Positions 57,476 to 64,000 of a stretch of DNA of 64,000 nucleotides are shown in pieces (position 1 is the stretch's first letter; each line of letters opens with the position of its first letter). The DNA is taken from positions 1 through 64,000 of IMG/VR virus record IMGVR_UViG_3300036861_000806; one strand, written 5' to 3'. The DNA is from a virus. The position numbers and the translations under genes were made by a program. The notes below the pieces were generated by a model. That model did not search any database and was not told the origin of the DNA. It was given only the letters and a program-made list of their open reading frames with translations.

Positions 57476-58210
57476 TCACGCATTCTGTAGTATTGGGCGT
57501 CCCTCGGCATCGTAGACAAGATTGAATCGCGCGACTACTTCCGCGATGCCGTCGGCACGTGCAGAGATCGTCACGACATAATTTATTGCCTGCACAACCA
57601 ACGGTGCAAAGAGTCCCTCTATTTGCAGTCGTAGTGGTCGAGTATCCCAGGCGCAGATGATCAGATTTACATGGTCCTCGTTGCCGCCATGCTGAACGGA
57701 ATGCCGAATTATCCACTCTTGTCCTGGACCGCTTCGCCGAAGTGCTTGCTCGCCCATTCTGTCTGAATCAGGATCAAGACGTACGGATACCAGTGGGTTA
57801 TGAATTGCCGGGAGTCCTGGATTGCGCACACTAATTCTCAGGACCCGCCGATTGCCCGAGAGATCGTCCAAACACCACTGACATGCCGGATTATGCGTTA
57901 CCACCAATCGCGGCTCGCGTTCCTGTTCTAGAACACTAATCCGCTGTAAGTGAGAATCAGCGGCAAACCGTTCTTTGCTGATTGCCCGATGCGCCCCGAG
58001 ATAAATACTGGCCATGATTAGCGCAACCGCGAGATAAGGGCTATACGGATTCAGGACCTCAAAATATCTGGCTACAAATGTTCCGGCTTTAGGACCAAGA
58101 ATGCCTTCTCCCAGCACCCACACGATAATACCGGCACACGTGAATGCGATTGATCCAGCGTTAAACATTTCTTTGAGAACCAGACGCGCTGTCTCTCGGT
58201 GTTTGATCAT
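57476..58210 (-). CDS. Low-GC membrane passenger protein
   Basis: Two N-terminal TM segments; visibly AT-richer DNA. Confidence 0.65.
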   Translation of the reverse strand: MIKHRETARLVLKEMFNAGSIAFTCAGIIVWVLGEGILGPKAGTFVARYFEVLNPYSPYLAVALIMASIYLGAHRAISKERFAADSHLQRISVLEQEREPRLVVTHNPACQWCLDDLSGNRRVLRISVRNPGLPAIHNPLVSVRLDPDSDRMGEQALRRSGPGQEWIIRHSVQHGGNEDHVNLIICAWDTRPLRLQIEGLFAPLVVQAINYVVTISARADGIAEVVARFNLVYDAEGRPILQNA

Positions 58211-59095
58211 GGCTCCGGCAACCTCCTACTTGGCCGAGTACAGTAGCACTGTTACTGAGCCAAGTATATCGTTGCCCTTCGTCTGCGCAACATGCGGCGA
58301 GCCGCGGCACTATTTCGTCCAGCAGAGAAAGCTCTTCGAGTGCGCGGCCGGCCACCAAACGAGCGTGACGGCCGGGACCGTCCTGCACCGCACGCGGATG
58401 CCGCTCACGACATGGTTTTGGGCGGCCTATCTCATCACCACGCACAGGCCCGGCCAGTCGGCCCTCCAGCTCGCGCGCCAGCTCGACTTGCGGTACGAGA
58501 CGGCATTCCAGATCGGGCAGAAGCTCCGGGCCGGCATGGTCAACCCCGAGCGCGGTCGTTTGTCGGGCATTGTCGAGGTCGACGACTCCTACATCGGCGG
58601 CCGGCAGGCCGGTCCTGGGGGTCGTGGAGCCCGCGGCAAGGCGATGGTGATTGCCGCCGTCGAGCGCCGCGACACGCGGGCCGGGCGCCTCCGCTTGCGC
58701 CAGATCCCCAGCGCGACCACGACCGACGTGCTGCGCTTCATCGAGGATTCGTGCGAGCCTGGAACGCGCGTCGTCACCGATGGGCTCGGCGCCTACACCG
58801 CCCTCCGCGACACGGGCTACAAGCACGACGTGGTGACCGGTGAGACGCAAGTCGAGATCGCGGAAGGACTGCCCCACGTTCACCGGGTGTTCGGCAACCT
58901 GAAAGCCTGGCTGATCGGCACGCATCACGGCGTCTCCCCGAAGCACTTGCAGGGGTATCTCAATGAATTCACGTTCCGATTCAATCGCCGCCGCATGCCC
59001 ATGGCCGCCTTTCAGACCGCGCTCGGTCTCGGGGCGAGCGTGCCCGGCCCGACGTACCGGCAGGTCTACCGCGTTGGGCGAATCGGGGAATGGCG

Positions 59096-59404
59096 TCACC
59101 CCAACCCCTCGCGCACGCCTGAGTTATTCGGATAAGCATGTTCCGCGATGGTGGTCCAGTAAGCCTCTAGCTCCCGGCGAATCGCGACCGCATGGGGTGC
59201 TTTCCACAGATCGTCACCTGTGACGATATCGCGGACGATGATGGTGGACGGGCCGCCCGCTTTTATAATGGCCTTCCCCTCGGCTATTGCCTTCGTCAAG
59301 GAGCGAGACGCCGCGAACTTCTGCGTAACCCTCCCATCTAAGCTTTCAATCGCACAGACCTGGTAGCGGGTTGTTCGCAATCGACGCCTCCCTCTGTCAG
59401 TCAT
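59096..59404 (-). CDS. Small protein whose original stop was displaced by the IS
   Basis: The empty site would read ...WTTIAE-TGA overlapping the ATG of the PseH-like gene. Confidence 0.55.
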   Translation of the reverse strand: MTDRGRRRLRTTRYQVCAIESLDGRVTQKFAASRSLTKAIAEGKAIIKAGGPSTIIVRDIVTGDDLWKAPHAVAIRRELEAYWTTIAEHAYPNNSGVREGLG

Positions 59405-60386
59405 CGGGGTCCGTCTCCCTGAGCATGTCCACCAGCTCGTCGACCTCAATCCAGCGCACGGGCTGATCCGACGCGTAGATCTTGCCGAACAGCTCGTAGC
59501 CCACTGGCCGCGGGAACGACTCGCGCCACGAATGATAGGACGGCAGAATGATCATCGCGTCGTCGCGGGCCCACGTCCGGGGTGCCTCTTCCGGCGTGAC
59601 CAGCATCTCGTCCAGTTTCTCGCCGCCCCCTCGTGAGCCGATGACAACGATCTCGGGGGCCACAGCGCCATACATCCTGGCGGTGGCATGCGCCAGATCG
59701 CCGACCGTCGCTGCGGGGAGACGCGGGACGAAGATCTCCGCCCCCTCCATCGCCGCGAGGGCGGAGAGGCAGAACTCGACGGCTTGGCGTTGCGTGATCA
59801 CGAAGCGTGACATGGCCGGGTCCGTCACGGTAAGCGGCGCGCCACGCCGGAGCTGATCAAGCCAGATCTCGGTGACCGACCCCGTGGACCCGAGCACGTT
59901 GCCCCAGCGCGTGCAGCTAATCGTCAGACCCCGCGGGGCTGTAATCGCGTTCGATGCGACCGCCTCATGCTCCATCTGGGCCTTACTCGCGCCATAGCTC
60001 GTGCTGGGCGCGGCGGCCTTGTCCGAGCTGATCATCAGCACGCGTTTCACGCCAGCGGCGAGGGCGGCCGAGATCACGTTGGCGGAACCGGCCACGTTTG
60101 TCTTCCGCACTTCACCGGGGTTGTCGGCGACGGCGTCGATGCGTTTTAACGCGGCGCAGTGCGCCACCGTGTCGCATCCCCACATCGCCTCCTCGAGACG
60201 CTCCCGGTCACGCACGTCGCCAAGGAAGAAATGCGCGTTGGCGTATGCGCGAAATCGCGACGCGATGATCGCCTGACGCGATTCGCTCCGGCTATACAGC
60301 ACGACGCGGTCGGCGCCCCCCACCAGCAACGCCCGGGCGAGCGCCCGGCCGAAGAAGCCTGTCCCGCCGGTTATGAGGACTCTCAT
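59397..60386 (-). CDS. PseB/CapD-like UDP-GlcNAc 4,6-dehydratase
   Basis: VLITGGTGFFG, FFLGDVRD, HCAALK, KTNV.GS.NV, SSDKA, YGASK, RWGNVLGSTGSV, TDPAMSRF, GEKL.E. Confidence 0.9.
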   Translation of the reverse strand: MRVLITGGTGFFGRALARALLVGGADRVVLYSRSESRQAIIASRFRAYANAHFFLGDVRDRERLEEAMWGCDTVAHCAALKRIDAVADNPGEVRKTNVAGSANVISAALAAGVKRVLMISSDKAAAPSTSYGASKAQMEHEAVASNAITAPRGLTISCTRWGNVLGSTGSVTEIWLDQLRRGAPLTVTDPAMSRFVITQRQAVEFCLSALAAMEGAEIFVPRLPAATVGDLAHATARMYGAVAPEIVVIGSRGGGEKLDEMLVTPEEAPRTWARDDAMIILPSYHSWRESFPRPVGYELFGKIYASDQPVRWIEVDELVDMLRETDPDD

Positions 60387-60445
60387 CTCGCCTCCTTTAC
60401 CATTCGTTCACGGCATCGCACTCGCCGACAACATTGCTGGTCCGT

Positions 60446-60491
60446 ACATTACGCCAGAGTCTGGATTCCGGTCAACCACGCGGTAGACGGG
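60446..60491 (-). promoter_or_regulatory. Phage promoter copy 2 (drives the nonulosonate operon)
   Basis: CCCGTCTACCGCGTGG-TTGACC-18 nt-TAATGT. Confidence 0.65.
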
Positions 60492-60580
60492 CAACCGGTG
60501 GAGGACCCGACCCCGATACTCCCGCCAACCAGCGGATTCCCCTCACGATATCGCTACTTTACCCGGCAGACGATTTCCCC

Positions 60581-60610
60581 TTGACAGTGGTCATGATTAT
60601 CGTCTATGCT
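60581..60610 (+). promoter_or_regulatory. Sigma70 promoter with overlapping TGAC-N4-GTCA palindrome
   Basis: TTGACA-18 nt-TATGCT. Confidence 0.55.
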
Positions 60611-60697
60611 ATGTACATGATGATGAGCAGCCACGCAGGGACAGCGAGCCTAGAAGACATCGGCCACGCGCAGCACACCATTACACGGGAGGCTCCA

Positions 60698-60958
60698 ATG
60701 CTCAGCACCCCACGGTCCGCTGGGATCACCGCCACACACATCACGTATTTTGCGGTGGCCGAGAACGCCGAGGGAAAGATCGGCCAATTATTCATAACGG
60801 CAGAGCGACGGGCTAACCGCGCCGGGGCAGGGGCTCGCACGGTCTCACAGGAATGGACCGGGGCCACGTACCCGTCCATGCGTGCCGCGTGCAAGGATCT
60901 GAGCCGCCTGAACGCGATCAGCACCCCGGCGGGGGTCGCATCATCGGAGCAGAAGTAA
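60698..60958 (+). CDS. Hypothetical protein
   Basis: GGAGG RBS, 86 aa. Confidence 0.55.
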   Translation: MLSTPRSAGITATHITYFAVAENAEGKIGQLFITAERRANRAGAGARTVSQEWTGATYPSMRAACKDLSRLNAISTPAGVASSEQK

Positions 60959-61013
60959 ACGGCACGGGCAGCCCACGTGCAGCACACCCTACCCGACGAG
61001 GAGATATTAGGCG

Positions 61014-61992
61014 ATGCGTAAGATACAAACCAACATCACGAGGAAGACATGTTCCGCATTGGTTTCAGGCCAGAATGTCTGCACACGGCCCGTCGGTCAT
61101 AACGGAGAGCACCGATGCAAGGCGTCCGACGTGGATGCGCGTCGGCTCCTGGGAGATCACGAGTGGGAGAGCCTGAGCGTAGACCAAGAAGCATCCGGTC
61201 GATGAGCGTCTCCCGCCCCTGCGAGCAGTGCGACACGGTACGGCGCTGCCGGATGTTCATCGACGGCACCACGGGGCGACCGGTCTACCTCTGTGGCGCC
61301 TGTGCGCGGGAGTTGGGGTATGACCGGGCGCCGATGCAGCTAGGCATACCACCCTGCGTGATTGGACAGCGACGGAGAGGAGGACACTCAATGAAGCTGC
61401 CCGTGCTGACCTGCCAGCGCTGTGGCCACGCGTGGATTCCGAGACAAGACAAGGTCTGGGTCTGCGCCAAGTGTCATTCTCCGAAGTGGAACGAGCCGAT
61501 GACGAAACGTCAGACAAAGGGGGTGGCGCGGTGAGCGAATTGTTGCTCCGCGAAGACGAGCGCACGTATTTGGCCGACTCCACGCGCTGCGACGCGTGCG
61601 GTCACTTGGAGGCGTTGCACAACAATCACTGCTGCACGTTCTGCATTGTGCCTGGATGCCGATGCCGGTGGGGAGAATTGTGGTAAGAGCCATTATACCG
61701 ATCGGGTGATCGGGAGGGTGCGGTGAGGTTTTTCGATTGACTCACAATGGATAAGGGGGCTGACGTGACGACTACAACTGAGGCTGAGGCGGCCGAGGAA
61801 CTCCACATCACGATCTCGCACGACGAGTTCCTGGAGATGGTGCGCTCGCGGTATGCCGTTCCAGAGGGATTCGGGTTCCGCATGATTATCGAGAGCAAGA
61901 GATCGTACGCCGACAAGTTCAGCGCGCCGGAGACCATGCGGATGATTTTTCAACGCCAGGTCCCAGTTTCTTCGCTGAGAGAAAAGCCGTGA
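61014..61992 (+). other. Chain of coupled micro-ORFs, mostly Cys-rich Zn-ribbon proteins
   Basis: 61014-61205, 61202/61391-61534, 61531-61686, 61747-61992 with RBSs and ATGA/GTGA overlaps. Confidence 0.55.
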
Positions 61993-62627
61993 CGCGGGCG
62001 GCGCTCTACGCCCGCGTGAGTACGACCGACCAGCACGCCGAGAATCAGCTCGCGATGCTCCGCGCCTACGCCCTCGCGCGTGGATGGGAGGCCATCGAGT
62101 ACGTCGACCACATAAGCGGGGCGAAGGAACGACGCAAGGCGCTCGATGTGCTCGTGGCCGCAGCGCGTGGCCGCAAGATAGACGTCGTCGTCTGTGTGAA
62201 GCTCGATCGCTTGGCGCGCTCGCTCCGCCATCTCGTCACACTCGTTGCCGAGTGGGAGGCTCTCGGGATCCAGTTCGTCGTCACCGATCAGGCCATCGAT
62301 ACGACCACGCCAGTAGGGCGCTTCACGTTTCACGTGCTCGCCGCTGTCGCGGAATTCGAGCGCGAGCTGATCCGAGAGCGCGTCGTGGCCGGCATGCGGC
62401 GGGCGAAGGCGGCCGGGAAACACTGCGGACGGCCGCGGCTGCACATGATCGACGGACGGAAGGCGGTTGCCCTCACGGAGCGGAACGGCGTCAGCGCGGC
62501 AGCTCGAGCCCTCGGGGTCCATCACCAGGTCGTCACCCGGGCCATCGCTCGCACAAAGGGTGCGGTTGAGCAGGCTCGTAAGCGGTCGGCGGCGCAAGCG
62601 CGAACAAGGTCCGGACCGGGGTCATAA
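61989..62627 (+). CDS. Small serine recombinase (resolvase/invertase)
   Basis: LYARVST.DQ..NQ, KLDRLARS, AEFERELIRERV.AG, GRP, C-terminal HTH. Confidence 0.93.
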   Translation: MTRAALYARVSTTDQHAENQLAMLRAYALARGWEAIEYVDHISGAKERRKALDVLVAAARGRKIDVVVCVKLDRLARSLRHLVTLVAEWEALGIQFVVTDQAIDTTTPVGRFTFHVLAAVAEFERELIRERVVAGMRRAKAAGKHCGRPRLHMIDGRKAVALTERNGVSAAARALGVHHQVVTRAIARTKGAVEQARKRSAAQARTRSGPGS

Positions 62628-62863
62628 AAAGGATTTCCTTTGTGCGAGGGATTCGCGCCCCGCGTCGCGTGGCCATTCGCTCCTCTCGTAACGTCGCGCT
62701 CCGTGGCCACCAAGGCCCCTACACGCGATTTGCTCGCGCGCGCGCGCGTAGGTAGATATACCGACCCCCCTCCCGCTATCCTGACCCTCCCCTGACCGAG
62801 ATCTCGCGCCCAGGGAACTCCTACGCTGCGACAGGGGCCTTCCTGGGGGCACCGGGAGGCGCT

Positions 62864-63580
62864 TCATGCCTCCTTAGCCTCTCTCAACGGGGTAGCGACG
62901 CGCTGAGTTTGTCCGGTTCGCATGTCGTTCGCATCTGCTCCGGCTCGCAATAAGGCTGGCAGGATCGCCCTGCCTCGCTCCGCATCTGCTGCGCATGTAG
63001 CGCACATGGACTCGCCGAGCCCGACGTGGTCGCAGAGCGGCCGCTTTTCCGAAGCCTGGCTGCAAGCCACTTCGAAGGGGGTAGGGGGATTAGATTCGAT
63101 AGGATTAGATACTTGCTTGAAGCCATCGTTAAGCTTTGGCTTGCCTGAGGCTGAAGCCTCGGCTTGACCCTTAGCCTTACCAATGGCCTTAGCCCTGGCT
63201 GTAGCCTGACCTCCACGTTGACCAGCCTCACGGAGAGCATTTATAGTCGCCGCCGAGTAGTTGTGCTCCGTGAAGTCGTGGACCTGATAGCCACCGTCTC
63301 GAGGCTCCCACAGACCATGCTCTTTCCGACCACGTGCTCTAACTAGAGCGTCGGCTAGCTTGACCGCCATCGGCTTGGCGACATCAGCATCGGCCGCGAG
63401 TTTCACCACCATGGTCAATGGAATCGCACCGTCCGTACGATGCTTCGCGCACCATGTGTTCACCTTAGCCCACAGAAATCCGGCGGCCATGCGTTCGATC
63501 GGCTTGAGCAGCGCATCGCTCTCAAGGGCCAGGAACTTCTCGTGGTCAAGCATGCTGTCCTTGGTGGTCGCGAAAGCCAC
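62864..63580 (-). CDS. Phage replication initiator-like protein
   Basis: DHEKF, WCAKHRTDGAIP, GLWE...GYQVHDF.EHN followed by a low-complexity linker. Confidence 0.65.
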   Translation of the reverse strand: MAFATTKDSMLDHEKFLALESDALLKPIERMAAGFLWAKVNTWCAKHRTDGAIPLTMVVKLAADADVAKPMAVKLADALVRARGRKEHGLWEPRDGGYQVHDFTEHNYSAATINALREAGQRGGQATARAKAIGKAKGQAEASASGKPKLNDGFKQVSNPIESNPPTPFEVACSQASEKRPLCDHVGLGESMCATCAADAERGRAILPALLRAGADANDMRTGQTQRVATPLREAKEA

Positions 63581-63655
63581 GGCTATGCTCCCCCTACGGG
63601 TGATACATCCCGAACACCTCTCTCGCCCGCTTCCCATCCCGCTCGCTCGGCTCGC

Positions 63656-64000
63656 TCATCGGAACAATCCCTCCATCGGCGTGATCGCCCCACGCTCAGG
63701 AATAACACCCATTGTCCGGAGCCAAGCGAGATCGCGGTTGAATCGACCGCCGTTCGGATGGAGCTCAAGCAGCTCGGCCAATGCTTCGCGGCTCAACGCT
63801 CGACCGGCCTTGATGATGGCGATCAGAATGCGGCGCTTGCTCTCGTCCGGCAGCGCGGCCAAGGCGGCATCGCTCCCCGTGTCCCGCGGTCTGGCGTGCT
63901 GCATCCCCAGCGATGTGAGCGTGAGCCCGTCGAGATAGCCGGCGGCGCGGAGACTAGCGAGCCCGCGGTTGTACCGACCCCCATTCGGGTGCAGATCCTG
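63656..64000 (-). CDS. C-terminus of a protein with tandem winged-helix-like repeats (partial)
   Basis: LHPNGGR[YF]NRxLAxLRxxG occurs twice. Confidence 0.55.
   Translation of the reverse strand, partial: QDLHPNGGRYNRGLASLRAAGYLDGLTLTSLGMQHARPRDTGSDAALAALPDESKRRILIAIIKAGRALSREALAELLELHPNGGRFNRDLAWLRTMGVIPERGAITPMEGLFR

Larger units (their letters stand above)
56152..58276 (+). mobile_element. Inner IS1595-family element, apparently intact
   Basis: Perfect 24-bp IR GGCAACGATATACTTGGCTCAGTA; TSD CTTCATCT/CTTCGTCT (one mismatch). Confidence 0.92.
56022..59135 (+). pseudogene. Outer IS1595 transposase split by the nested IS (56022-56151 plus 58285-59135)
   Basis: Removing the inner element restores RWPHGF(I/V)CATCG...EVDDSYIGG...TDG...YLNEFTFRFN. 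Confidence 0.88.
55001..59140 (+). mobile_element. Outer IS1595-family element (ISSod11-like ends) with passengers, disrupted by a nested element
   Basis: Ends CCTGCTTATCCG / CGGATAAGCATG; 8-bp TSD TTCCGCGA at 54993-55000 and 59141-59148. Confidence 0.88.

Noticed and set aside
62735-62750. (CG)n run near the replication gene
   Set aside because: Short and compatible with chance in GC-rich DNA.
1-64000. tRNA, rRNA, integrase/att site, diversity-generating retroelement
   Set aside because: No cloverleaf, rRNA, tyrosine or large serine integrase, reverse transcriptase or TR/VR pair was recognised by eye; a tRNAscan/Infernal run would be needed to exclude small RNAs.

Overview
High-GC (roughly two-thirds G+C) temperate siphovirus-like phage or prophage, encoded almost entirely on the minus strand. 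From the right end it reads: replication genes (62.9-64 kb); a plus-strand microgene/serine-recombinase block (60.6-62.6 kb); a dispersed nonulosonic-acid (pseudaminic/sialic-acid-like) biosynthesis operon (48.4-60.4 kb) interrupted by two nested IS1595-family elements; radical SAM, HNH and a third IS1595 derivative; an RlaP-like nucleotidyltransferase; terminase; portal; an intein-containing minor head protein; protease; HK97 capsid; two sialyltransferase/Maf-like proteins inside the head module; connector and tail genes; tape measure; tail fibre and tip; and a scattered lysis region with a GH108 endolysin. The most striking element is at 38.1-39.4 kb: a stand-alone Cas7/RAMP-like gene directly preceded by a perfectly phased array of 44 NN-[A/G/T]G[C/T] pentamers in three units separated by an identical 12-nt linker, a candidate non-CRISPR RNA-guided system. 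Other highlights are a candidate virion-glycosylation system and an intein whose endonuclease is encoded on the opposite strand. No rRNA, tRNA, canonical CRISPR array or integrase was seen. All family assignments are by-eye motif recognition, not database results.
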